Source: a virus
IMG/VR virus record: IMGVR_UViG_3300013936_000003
Location: 1-61,121 of that record
DNA length: 61,121 bases
Direction: 5' to 3' (one strand)
Of the stretch, positions 49,571 through 59,091 are shown piece by piece. Below the pieces are notes generated by a model. That model had not been told where the DNA came from. It ran no database searches and saw nothing but the letters and a program-made list of their open reading frames with translations. The translations under genes were made by a program, and so were the position numbers. Each line of letters begins with the position of its first letter. The first letter of the stretch is position 1.

Positions 49571-52500
49571 TGGGAGTTAAGATTACAGACCTTGTCGACC
49601 AGGCGGCATTTGACCAGCTGAAAGACCTTGACAACAAGTTGAGCGAACTGAGGAGCAATTACGCCAACATCGCCAAGGAGCTTGCGGGCGGCATACAGGT
49701 CAAGGTTGAGGCCGTAGGCGACCTCGACAAACTGAACACGCTGATTGCGCAAAAAGCGCAGGAGGCGCAGAAGGCCACCACCGCCCTCAACGGAGTTGTG
49801 GAGCAGCAGCAGCAAGTGATGGCGAAGACCACGGCGCAGATAGCCGAAACGCTGCAGAAGGAGGCGGCGCTCACCGACAACAAGCGCAAGCAGGTGAGCG
49901 TCAACAGGGAGGCGCTGGACATAGCCGACAGGCTGCTCGGCTCGTACACCGAGAACATCAAGCAGTTGGCCTCGCTGAACATTCAACTGAAACAAGTGAG
50001 CGCCGAACAGGCGGCAGTCACCAAGGCCCTTAAGGAGGGCAACATCACGCAGACACAGGCGGCTGCCAAGATGGCCGACATCACCAAGCGGCAGCTTGAG
50101 TTGAGCAAGGCCAAACAGGAGCTGACCAAGATTATCAGCAACGAGACCAAACTCAACCAAGCCAGCGAGGGAAGCTATCAGCAGCTGTCGCTCGTGCTGG
50201 AGCGTCTGAAGATGGCGATGAAGAGCGTGAGTGCCGAGCAGATAGGCACGGAGCAGATGGCCACGCTGCAAGAGGCCGTGCAGTCGCTCGACACCGAGCT
50301 GAAGTACCAGGCCGAACTGATGGGCGAGCATCAGCGCAATGTCGGCGATTACGCCATTGCGCTGCAAAACGCCGGCATCAGTGCCGACGAGGCTCAAGTC
50401 ACCATCGGCAAGGCCAACGAGGCGCTGACAATCAACGCCACAACCGTTGACGAGGCCAGAGCGCAGAATGAGGCGCTGAGCAAGGCACTGACGCTAATCG
50501 ACAAGAACAGCGAGGGGGCGAAGGACAAAATCGCCCAATACAACGCCAAAATCAAGGAGAACGAGCAGTTCATCAAGGACAACACCGAGAGCAGCAACAC
50601 AATGGTGAACATCCTGATGAAGCTGCTTGGCATCAACGTGAATTTGAACAACACCTTCGTGGTGCTCGGGCGCAGCGCAGCCAGCGGAGGCAGCATTATG
50701 CAGGGCGTGACCGCCAAGGTCAAGGGCCTGTCGTCTGCCATGGTGGGCCTGCTGGCCAACCCCTACGTGCTTGCTTTGCTCGGACTTGCAGCCGTGGCGG
50801 GAGGTTTCAAGTGGTGGGTCGACTACAACACCGGCCTTATGGAGGCCAGCCGCCTCACCAAGTACTTCAGCGGCCTCAGCGGCGACGAGATGAAGGCCGT
50901 GCGAGACAACGTACAGGCCGTTGCCGACACCTTCGGGCAAGAGTTCAAGCCGACACTTGTAGCCGCCAATGCGCTGGCCAAGAATTTCGGCATCACGTTC
51001 AACGAGGCCGTGAACATTGTGAGCGACGGACTGGCCCTGGGCGGTCGCAACTCGCAGGACTTCATGAGCAACATCCAGCGCTATGCGCCGACCTTCGAGA
51101 AGATGGGCGTGAGCGGCAAGGACTTCGTGGCCGTGCTCTCGCAGATCGACAAAACGGGTGTGATGAGCACCAAAGCGCTGCAGGGCCTGAGCAAGGCGTC
51201 GCTGCAATTGCGCACGATGAGCAACAGCACCGCCCAAGCCATCAACGCCATAGGCCTCAACGCCCAGCAGATGAGCCAGGACATTGCCAGCGGCAAGACA
51301 AACGTGATGGACGCAATGAGCCAAATCTCCTCCAAGGTTGTTGCGCTGGGTACCAACAGCCAGCAGAGCGCCGAACTGATGAAGCAGCTGTTCGGCAGCC
51401 GTGGCGAGTCGTCAATCGGCAAGCCGCTGCTTGAGATGCTTGCCCAGTCAGGAACGAGCATGGACGACTTGAAGAAAAAGGGCGGCGAGATGTACCAACT
51501 CATCAACAAGCAGAAGGAGAGTCAAGAGCGCCTGAACAACCTCACCGCAACGCTGTTCGACCAAACGGGCGGCGGCTTCGAGAAGATGAAGATGCAGATG
51601 AAGACCTTGCTCAATGACGCTCTCGCAAAAGTGCTGCAATGGATAATTGACGCATACAATTGGTTTGTCGAGTTGTACAACGAGAGCTACCAGGTGAGGG
51701 TGCTGTTTGCCGGCATGGGCGTGGCATTCAACAATTCGTTCGAGGTCATCAAATATGGCTTAAAAAACATTTGGCTGATGCTAAAGACCACCGCCAACGT
51801 GCTCAAGGACATTTTGACCGGCAATTGGGACAAAGTGGGCGGCGAGATGACCAACGCCTTCAAGGAGGGCACGAAAAACGCCAGTCATCTGCTTAAAAAT
51901 CTGCAAGGCGTCGAAACCGCCATCACCAACGCCAACGACAAGCAGAACCGCCTCAACAAGCTCACAGCGATAAGTGCCAAGAATGCAGCGTCCGCTGGAG
52001 GTGGCCCGGGCGGTCAAGGAGGCAGCGGCGGAAATGGCGGAGGCGGCAAAAAAGGTGGCAAAGGTGGCAGCACCGGCACTAATGAAGTTGACGAAGCCAA
52101 GCGCCTGCAAGAGGAAATCGAGAACGTGAAACTCGAACTGATGGACGACGGCTGGAAGAAGGAGGAGGCGATGATTAAGAAGGAATATGCCAAGCGGCGT
52201 GAGGACGCCAAGGGCAATGCCGTGCTTATATCACTGCTCGAGCTTGCCGAGGCGAAGAAACTTGCCGACAAGAAGAAGGAGCTGCGAAGCCAGGCCGAAG
52301 CCACCGACATAGCCAACCGCCTGCTCGTCGTGAAGAAAGGCAGCGATGAGGAGCGGGCACTGCGTTATGCGCAGTTGGAGGCCGAGCGCCGCAAGGCAAT
52401 TGAGGAAGCCAACAAGACCGGCGCCGATGTGGAGGCCGTCAACGCCGCCTATAATGAAAAGCGCAAGCAACTCGATGAGGAGATGGCCAACGAGAACATC

Positions 52501-53688
52501 GAGCGCATCGCCAAGGAGTATGCCAACCGCAACGAGCAGCTGAACACAAATCTGTCGCAAGAGTTGCTGATGCTGCGCCAGCACTACAACGAAGAGCTGG
52601 TTGCCGCCGGCAGCAACACAGAAAAGCGTGCAGCCATTGAGGAACAATATCAGCGCAAGATGCAGGAGATCTCCGATAAGTATCAGATGCAGCAGACAGC
52701 CAACCTCATTGCCTCGTTTAACAAGCAGCTGCAAGATGCCGATCTCTCCGCCGACAAGAGGACGGAGATAGAGCGTGAGCTCGCCAACGCCAAAATCAAA
52801 CTTGAGCAGCAAATAGCCGATGCCGCCAAGAAGGCCAACGACAACATCGTCAATGACGACAACAAGGCCAAGGAACAGCGTCTTAAGAACCTCGAGACGT
52901 GGGCCGGCAAGGCGCAAGAGGCTTGCAGCAACGTATCGGCGCTCTTCTCAGCCGTGTTTGACGGCCAAATCCAGCACATCGAGGACTTGCAGGACGCCGA
53001 GAGCGACCGCTACGACAAGGAGGTGGCCAGCATCGAGAGCCTCGCCAACCAGGGAGCCATCACCACCGAGGAGGCCGAGTTGCGCAAGCGTGAGGCCCAG
53101 GCCAAGACCGAGGAGAAGACCAAGGAGTTGGCCGAGCAGAAGCGGAAGTTGCAATACAAGCAAGCGATTTTGGACAAGATGAACAGCATCTCGCAGATTG
53201 GCATCTCAACGGCCCTGGGCATCATGAGGGCGCTGGCGATGTTTCCGCCGAACGTTGGCCTCGCAACATTCATCGGCGCCATGGGAGCTGTGCAGACGGC
53301 AACGGCTTTGGCTCAGCCGATACAATATGCAGAGGGCACCAAGGGCACGCCGCACAAGGGTGGCTATGCCGTGGTCGGTGACGGCAACAAGACCGAGGTG
53401 GTGACGCTGGGCGGCAAGATGTGGCTGACGCCCGACACCCCCACCCTCGTTGACCTGCCACGTGGCGCACAGGTATATCCGAGCGTTGACGATTACGCAC
53501 GCAAGATGGACTTCCAGCCTATCAGCCACGGCAGCGACGCAGCGCCAAATGTCGTTGTCAACAACGATTACAAGGCGATTGAGCGTGAGATGCAGCGCAA
53601 TGGCAAATTGCTCAAGGGCATAGGCAAGCAGATGCGCCTTAACGACCGCAACCGCAAGTATGACGCATATAGGGCGAGCAAGCTATGA
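49570..53688 (+). CDS. tape measure protein
   Basis: 1372 aa, coiled-coil rich, with a Gly-rich block GGGPGGQGGSGGNGGGGKKGGKGG. Confidence 0.9.
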   Translation: MGVKITDLVDQAAFDQLKDLDNKLSELRSNYANIAKELAGGIQVKVEAVGDLDKLNTLIAQKAQEAQKATTALNGVVEQQQQVMAKTTAQIAETLQKEAALTDNKRKQVSVNREALDIADRLLGSYTENIKQLASLNIQLKQVSAEQAAVTKALKEGNITQTQAAAKMADITKRQLELSKAKQELTKIISNETKLNQASEGSYQQLSLVLERLKMAMKSVSAEQIGTEQMATLQEAVQSLDTELKYQAELMGEHQRNVGDYAIALQNAGISADEAQVTIGKANEALTINATTVDEARAQNEALSKALTLIDKNSEGAKDKIAQYNAKIKENEQFIKDNTESSNTMVNILMKLLGINVNLNNTFVVLGRSAASGGSIMQGVTAKVKGLSSAMVGLLANPYVLALLGLAAVAGGFKWWVDYNTGLMEASRLTKYFSGLSGDEMKAVRDNVQAVADTFGQEFKPTLVAANALAKNFGITFNEAVNIVSDGLALGGRNSQDFMSNIQRYAPTFEKMGVSGKDFVAVLSQIDKTGVMSTKALQGLSKASLQLRTMSNSTAQAINAIGLNAQQMSQDIASGKTNVMDAMSQISSKVVALGTNSQQSAELMKQLFGSRGESSIGKPLLEMLAQSGTSMDDLKKKGGEMYQLINKQKESQERLNNLTATLFDQTGGGFEKMKMQMKTLLNDALAKVLQWIIDAYNWFVELYNESYQVRVLFAGMGVAFNNSFEVIKYGLKNIWLMLKTTANVLKDILTGNWDKVGGEMTNAFKEGTKNASHLLKNLQGVETAITNANDKQNRLNKLTAISAKNAASAGGGPGGQGGSGGNGGGGKKGGKGGSTGTNEVDEAKRLQEEIENVKLELMDDGWKKEEAMIKKEYAKRREDAKGNAVLISLLELAEAKKLADKKKELRSQAEATDIANRLLVVKKGSDEERALRYAQLEAERRKAIEEANKTGADVEAVNAAYNEKRKQLDEEMANENIERIAKEYANRNEQLNTNLSQELLMLRQHYNEELVAAGSNTEKRAAIEEQYQRKMQEISDKYQMQQTANLIASFNKQLQDADLSADKRTEIERELANAKIKLEQQIADAAKKANDNIVNDDNKAKEQRLKNLETWAGKAQEACSNVSALFSAVFDGQIQHIEDLQDAESDRYDKEVASIESLANQGAITTEEAELRKREAQAKTEEKTKELAEQKRKLQYKQAILDKMNSISQIGISTALGIMRALAMFPPNVGLATFIGAMGAVQTATALAQPIQYAEGTKGTPHKGGYAVVGDGNKTEVVTLGGKMWLTPDTPTLVDLPRGAQVYPSVDDYARKMDFQPISHGSDAAPNVVVNNDYKAIEREMQRNGKLLKGIGKQMRLNDRNRKYDAYRASKL

Positions 53689-54257
53689 TACATTTATATG
53701 ATTTGACACTGGCCGAGTTCATCGACATCTACTGCGGCGACTACACGGCGCTGCATTGTGCCGATGAACAGGAGGCCAAGCGTGCCGCCACGGCTGTTAT
53801 TTTCGAGTATCAAAAAGCCGTTGCCCCGGCAATGTATCAGAGCGGCCTCAACAGCGCCAAGCGAGACAACGACCTCAAGGCCAAGGCCATCGTATTTCAG
53901 ATGTGCGCCAACCTCATTGCGCTGCGTGGCTATGCCGATGTGCGGGCGGTTTATGACCAGCTGCGCCTCAGTCACCGAAGCCTCAGCGATGAGGCGCTGG
54001 CAAAGGATGTGGCCAACAGGTTGAGAGAGATAAACTTCGACCTCAAGCGCCGCAGCGAGACCAAGCCGCATGAGGAGCAGCCGAAACCGCCCGAGGAGCG
54101 GAGAAGCGCTTTTTTGTCGGACATAGCCGCCGTGATGACTTACTTCAAGTTTCAAATCGACATCAAGAGCATCAACGCACAGATATATGCATATATGCGG
54201 CGTCAGATGGAGGAGCAGCTTAAAGCGAAACTGAGGCAAATGGGCCGCAAAAAGTAG
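53685..54257 (+). CDS. hypothetical protein
   Basis: ORF 190 aa, ATGA coupling. Confidence 0.65.
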   Translation: MIHLYDLTLAEFIDIYCGDYTALHCADEQEAKRAATAVIFEYQKAVAPAMYQSGLNSAKRDNDLKAKAIVFQMCANLIALRGYADVRAVYDQLRLSHRSLSDEALAKDVANRLREINFDLKRRSETKPHEEQPKPPEERRSAFLSDIAAVMTYFKFQIDIKSINAQIYAYMRRQMEEQLKAKLRQMGRKK

Positions 54258-54283
54258 TGGGGCTAAACCATAAACAAGTGCTA

Positions 54284-54317
54284 AAAAAGGTAAAATAATT
54301 ATCATTTTACCTTTTTT
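54284..54317. terminator. bidirectional terminator aaaaaggtaaaat / attttaccttttt
   Basis: 13-bp stem flanked by A- and T-runs, read directly. Confidence 0.75.
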
Positions 54318-54406
54318 TGTTGTCTAAATTATTACTTTCGGAGAACCGGAAAGATTGATGTTTAACACACCTGCGCCGCCCTTGGCGCAGAAAAAAAACT
54401 CTACAC

Positions 54407-54583
54407 ATGAAAAGTAAACTTGAAAAGAAATGTGACCAACTGCTGCTCGCCGTGTGCGAGCTGTCCAACAGAATTGACATGATGCAGCTGACCCAGCGAA
54501 TGGAAGCGCACGCCCAGACCATGAGAGCGTTGAACCGCAAGAACATGAAAGCCGACGGGAGGAATAGTTATGAAAAAGTATGA
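54407..54583 (+). CDS. 58-aa coiled-coil protein overlapping the sigma gene start (below the ORF-track cutoff)
   Basis: MKSKLEKKCDQLLLAVCELSNRIDMMQLTQRMEAHAQTMRALNRKNM... Confidence 0.4.
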   Translation: MKSKLEKKCDQLLLAVCELSNRIDMMQLTQRMEAHAQTMRALNRKNMKADGRNSYEKV

Positions 54584-55028
54584 ACGAGATGTGACTGAGA
54601 TGTACCCGTGGCTGATAGCACTCGCCACTGGTCTGTGCCGCAACAGGGACGATGCCCTCGACCTCGCCCAGGACACCATTTGCAAACTGCTTGAGCATCG
54701 TGCGAGGACGCCCAATCTGCGGGCCTATGCCGCCACCATCATGCGCAACCTCCGCATTAACGGGCAGACCCACAAGAATTGCGTCAAGATGTGCCGGCTC
54801 GACAAGTGCGCCGAGCCGCTGGCAAGCGAGCGGCACCCCGAGCGGTCGCTGACCCTTGCGAGTGTGCGGAAACTGATGCGCACGATGAAGAACGTGCAGT
54901 GTGTGATGCTCAAGGCAGAGGGCTACTCGCACAAAGAGATAGCCGTGCTGATGAACCTTGACCGCAATGGCGTGCACAACCGCATTGACAGCGGTAGGCG
55001 CTATTTGCGGGCCATGTTCAATCGCTGA
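54570..55028 (+). CDS. ECF-like sigma-70-family factor
   Basis: Region 2-like RDDALDLAQDTICKLL; region 4 HTH GYSHKEIAVLMNLDRNGVHNRIDSGRRYL. Confidence 0.75.
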   Translation: MKKYERDVTEMYPWLIALATGLCRNRDDALDLAQDTICKLLEHRARTPNLRAYAATIMRNLRINGQTHKNCVKMCRLDKCAEPLASERHPERSLTLASVRKLMRTMKNVQCVMLKAEGYSHKEIAVLMNLDRNGVHNRIDSGRRYLRAMFNR

Positions 55029-55040
55029 GTTATAAAGAGT

Positions 55041-55100
55041 TAACTCGCTGAAAATAAAGGCTTTTGCGATTGCACAACTTGTTGAAACACGTTATTTTTG
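55041..55100 (+). promoter_or_regulatory. class-2 core TAACTCGCTGAAAAT (55041..55055) plus -7 box TATTTTTG (55093..55100)
   Basis: Read directly. Confidence 0.5.
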
Positions 55101-55142
55101 TATCAGAAAATAAGAAAATAAACAATTAAAAATCAACAAGTT

Positions 55143-55460
55143 ATGGAAAATTTTAGAGCAAAAGTGATGTTTACAGCAACGGAAATCTTCAAGAGCCTCA
55201 AATGCACTTGGGGCAAGGCGCTGAAAAAAGCGTGGCAGCTTTATCGGCTGAAAAAGGAAATGCACAACGGCATTGTGAAATTCTGCTATGAGAAAGTTGA
55301 CGGGAGCGCAAGAATTGCCTATGGCACATTGTTCAACCTTCCCGAACGCAAGAGAATGGGCAAGAAGGAGCCGAGCTACAAGACCGTCTGCTATTTCGAT
55401 ACAAAAAAACAGGCCTTCAGAAGTTTCAAGGTTGAAAATTTCATCGCCGTATGCGCATGA
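55143..55460 (+). CDS. DUF2693-like (SH3-barrel) small protein
   Basis: VKFCYEKVDGSARIAYGTL pattern. Confidence 0.55.
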   Translation: MENFRAKVMFTATEIFKSLKCTWGKALKKAWQLYRLKKEMHNGIVKFCYEKVDGSARIAYGTLFNLPERKRMGKKEPSYKTVCYFDTKKQAFRSFKVENFIAVCA

Positions 55461-55708
55461 GCGAATATTACTCATCGCTCAAGAGGAAGAGCGATGGACG
55501 CACAGGAAGGCTGATTGCGGCAGTGAACAGCGACCTTATGAAGGTGGCCGACCGGCTCAACACTTCGACTGACAGCGAGGCGGCTGTCTTGGATTTGGAG
55601 GATTTTGCGACAAGGCTGATGCTCGCCGTGGGCGAGTTGAGAGCCGAGGCCGAGCGTGGCAAAGCGCTTGACAAGATTGTTACATCAATAAAATTCAGCG
55701 AGCTATGA
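55451..55708 (+). CDS. hypothetical protein
   Basis: ORF 85 aa. Confidence 0.55.
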   Translation: MRMSEYYSSLKRKSDGRTGRLIAAVNSDLMKVADRLNTSTDSEAAVLDLEDFATRLMLAVGELRAEAERGKALDKIVTSIKFSEL

Positions 55709-55986
55709 ATATGATTATTTCAGCGGACAACCGCATCGTCAAGGATGTGCGGCCCAAAAACGGCAGGGATTTTTCGCTTGCCGAGTTGCAGAAAATGGTT
55801 AATGGCTACATTGAGATTATTGACCTCTGCAACGGATTTATCATTGTCTGCAACGAGGAGGGCAAACTGGAGGGCTTGCCTGTAAATCCAGTAGCGACCT
55901 CCCTGGCAATTACGTATAAGGCCATAGCGCCCTTTGACTGCATCAACGGCGATGTGCTGCTGTGCGAGAGCTATATGGTCAAGTAG
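55705..55986 (+). CDS. DUF3846-like protein
   Basis: FSLAELQKMVNGYIEIIDL...CNEEGKLEGLPVNP...INGDVLLC. Confidence 0.6.
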   Translation: MNMIISADNRIVKDVRPKNGRDFSLAELQKMVNGYIEIIDLCNGFIIVCNEEGKLEGLPVNPVATSLAITYKAIAPFDCINGDVLLCESYMVK

Positions 55987-56111
55987 CCAAAATCGATTTT
56001 ATTGCAAATTTGCGTGTAACCACTTGCAACTTAAAGCGTTGCGGGCGGTTTTTTGCCGCCTCAGCCCAACCGCTATTTTGCCGGATGGGCGCAACCGGCG
56101 TCTGTTGCGCT

Positions 56112-56119
56112 TATCTTTG
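56112..56119 (+). promoter_or_regulatory. -7 box TATCTTTG, 5 nt before the ATG at 56125
   Basis: Matches TAnnTTTG. Confidence 0.45.
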
Positions 56120-56124
56120 TAAAT

Positions 56125-58257
56125 ATGATAAGCCGGCTGAAAATCCATATAGGCGACGAGGTCCATTTGGTGCCGTCCGAGTGCGTGAAGAACTGGGACG
56201 AGGTGGCTTGCACGCTGGAGCGCAAGGACTACAGCGGCGTGACACGCTCTTTCACCTCGCAGTTCGAGTTCGTCGGCAGTGCCAAAGAACTGCTGCTGTC
56301 GCTCTATGAGTCCGACGGCTTCAACGCCAAGGCCGAAATCGCAGTCGAGACAATCAATAACGACTGGAGCTTCTCCGAGCAGTTCAGATGCCCGCTTGAT
56401 TTTTCGAGCATCGAGTATGACGACACGACACTGAGCATCAGCAGCGTTGATGACAGCCTCGCCGCCATCATCAAGGCCAAGAAGGGCGTGAAGTATTCGT
56501 TCTTGTTGAGCGACAAGACGAAGTTTCCGCATAACGAGACACTCCAGCTTCAGCGCCTCAGCCTCCGCAACAACGTGCTTTACAACGTTGGCGGCCAGCA
56601 GAGTGTCAACGCAGCCAAACCGACACCGCTTGAGATGACCTACGACAAGGCCGAGCTAATCAGCACCGACCTCTTTGAACCGACGAACAGCGGCGAGAGC
56701 AACCGCTTCTTCATAACTTCAAAGGCATATCACGTGCCGCTGAGACTTGTGTATCACTTCCAGTTCACGGCTGATTTCTATGCCGAGTTTGAGGAGAACA
56801 CGCACAAATCGGTAGGGTTGTACGTATTCGCCGAGGACGCCACCAGCGACAGCCAGCTGGCAGAACTTGCCACAAACTCACTCAGCAGCCACTTGCTGGG
56901 CGGAGACCCCGAGGGCGGCCTTTTCCGCACCCTTGACGACCTCGAAGACTACGTGCTGAGCAGTGACGATGTGACCGTTGGCGATTTTGGAGTTGTCGGC
57001 ACAAGCCAGTACGGCTCATCGCACTACTGGACAGACAATGTGCTCTATGAGTGGGATGGCGACGAACTGGTCGAGATGGGCATGCCCAAGGATTATAAGC
57101 CGAACATCGAGGTCGACGGGGAGTTTGTGCTCGCCGAGACAATCAAGGAGGCCCGCTACTCGCTTGAGACAACGACGAGCGGCAAGAGCGGAGAGTGGCT
57201 GTTCGAGAGCAGCTATATGCACGTGTACTGGGAGGATGCCGCCGTGGGCGTGTCGTGGGTCGATGTCGTCAAGCCGCTGTGGTTTGTCCAGGCCCTCGTT
57301 AACGAGATGACGGGCAGCGAGGATTATAGCGTGAGCTTCAGCGACTATGACAAGAGGCTCGCAATGACGAGGCTGCTGCCGGGTGAGAGCATCAGAGGTT
57401 TGACCGCCGCAAAGATATACAGCACCTTCACTGAGTTCTGCAACTGGATGTCGGCAGTTTTCGGCTACACCTACAAAATCGACGGCAAGAGCCTTCGCTT
57501 CCTACACCGCAGCGAGTGCTTCGGCAGCGAGGTGGTCAAGGTCATCGACAGTGTGGACGATTTCCAGTACAGCGTCCAGGACAACTTGCTGTACAGCGAG
57601 GTGGATTGCGGCTACGACAAGCAAGACTACGACAGCATCAACGGCCGTGACGAGTTCAATTTCACGACCTACTACACCACCGGCTTCAACCTCGACGAGA
57701 AAAAATTGGAGCTGAAGTCGAAATACAGAGCTGACTGCTACGGCATCGAGTATACCGCCCGCAAGGCCGGGCAGGACACGACCGACGACAAGAGCGATGA
57801 GAAGGTTTTTTTCGTACACGTCAAAAGGGAAGGCAGCTACTATGTCGAGATTGACGACAGCACCGCCATTACCGGCACGCTGAGCAGCAAGGCGTATAAC
57901 GGCGAATTTTCGCCTCGTGCATGCGCCATTGCCAACGAGTCATATGTTGCCGCCGTAGCCAACGGCAAGGCGATGACCCTCACCGCCACCACGGCTGAGG
58001 GCAACACCACCGTCCTCATCGACAAGGTGGCCGTGGGCGCCCCTGTCGAGATAGCCGCCGGAACCAACCTTTTCACAGCCGGCGAGATTTCGTTCACCAC
58101 GGGCGATTTGGACATTCCTGGCAACTGGGAGGGGATCGTGAGCGTCACGCACTCAGGCAAGCGCTATGGCGGCTACATAAAAAAAGCAGAGTTGAAGCTC
58201 GGGCGGTCGGAGGCCGTGAGCTACACATTAATTGTTAAGACGATAGAGAGCGTATGA
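56125..58257 (+). CDS. large distal tail / baseplate protein
   Basis: 711 aa downstream of the TMP block. Confidence 0.75.
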   Translation: MISRLKIHIGDEVHLVPSECVKNWDEVACTLERKDYSGVTRSFTSQFEFVGSAKELLLSLYESDGFNAKAEIAVETINNDWSFSEQFRCPLDFSSIEYDDTTLSISSVDDSLAAIIKAKKGVKYSFLLSDKTKFPHNETLQLQRLSLRNNVLYNVGGQQSVNAAKPTPLEMTYDKAELISTDLFEPTNSGESNRFFITSKAYHVPLRLVYHFQFTADFYAEFEENTHKSVGLYVFAEDATSDSQLAELATNSLSSHLLGGDPEGGLFRTLDDLEDYVLSSDDVTVGDFGVVGTSQYGSSHYWTDNVLYEWDGDELVEMGMPKDYKPNIEVDGEFVLAETIKEARYSLETTTSGKSGEWLFESSYMHVYWEDAAVGVSWVDVVKPLWFVQALVNEMTGSEDYSVSFSDYDKRLAMTRLLPGESIRGLTAAKIYSTFTEFCNWMSAVFGYTYKIDGKSLRFLHRSECFGSEVVKVIDSVDDFQYSVQDNLLYSEVDCGYDKQDYDSINGRDEFNFTTYYTTGFNLDEKKLELKSKYRADCYGIEYTARKAGQDTTDDKSDEKVFFVHVKREGSYYVEIDDSTAITGTLSSKAYNGEFSPRACAIANESYVAAVANGKAMTLTATTAEGNTTVLIDKVAVGAPVEIAAGTNLFTAGEISFTTGDLDIPGNWEGIVSVTHSGKRYGGYIKKAELKLGRSEAVSYTLIVKTIESV

Positions 58258-59087
58258 TTTTCTTATCACCTTTCACACCGATATTCCTCGACGAGAGCAA
58301 GGGCATCGACGGGGTGGCGAGCAGGCAGATGCAGCTGTTCGCACCGAGCGACCGCATACTCGTTGAGTTCATTGCCACGAATGGCGAGAGCGCCCCTGCC
58401 GTGAGCGTGTGCGACCACCACAGCGGCGATGAGGTGTACACGCTGTACTTCTCTACGTGGGAGATGAGCGGCGGCGTGAAGTTGTTTTTTACCGAGATAA
58501 CAGGGCTGGCCGAAGGCTGCTATCACCTCGTCAATGGAGAGGCGGCTTATGAGCCTTTCCGCATCACCGCCGATGAGGTGGAGCTGGCGCAGACTGTTTT
58601 GCTTCAGTATGCCAACGCCGACAACCGCCAGCGCACGGATGCGGTTTTTTCCGTCAACGGAATGCAGAGGTTTTTCGACTTCCGGGTGCCGGGCGGTTTC
58701 AAGGCTGGCGGCACGAGTTTCAGCGTCGACAACGAGCAATTCACAACGGAGTACGGCGACACGATAGACTTGTATGCGCTCGATGCCGAGGTGCGCACGC
58801 TGACGATAGGTGGAGGCATTGGCGTGCCTGTGTGGTATGGCTCAATGGTCAACCGCATCATGTGCTGCCAGTACGTGTATGTCGACGGCGTGCGCTATGC
58901 ACGCAACGAGAGCAGCACGCCCGAGGTCTCGCAGGTAGCCGACAACGTGGACAGCTTCGTGTTCACGCAGCAGATGCGCAGAGTCAAGCGCCTCAACCCG
59001 ACTATCGAGGAGAGCAACGCCCTGTTGCTGCGGCGCACAAGCGGCGACAAATATTTGGCTTCAGATAATAAACAGAGAAAAATATAG
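58254..59087 (+). CDS. tail protein
   Basis: ORF 277 aa, ATGA coupling. Confidence 0.7.
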   Translation: MIFLSPFTPIFLDESKGIDGVASRQMQLFAPSDRILVEFIATNGESAPAVSVCDHHSGDEVYTLYFSTWEMSGGVKLFFTEITGLAEGCYHLVNGEAAYEPFRITADEVELAQTVLLQYANADNRQRTDAVFSVNGMQRFFDFRVPGGFKAGGTSFSVDNEQFTTEYGDTIDLYALDAEVRTLTIGGGIGVPVWYGSMVNRIMCCQYVYVDGVRYARNESSTPEVSQVADNVDSFVFTQQMRRVKRLNPTIEESNALLLRRTSGDKYLASDNKQRKI

Positions 59088-59091
59088 GATT

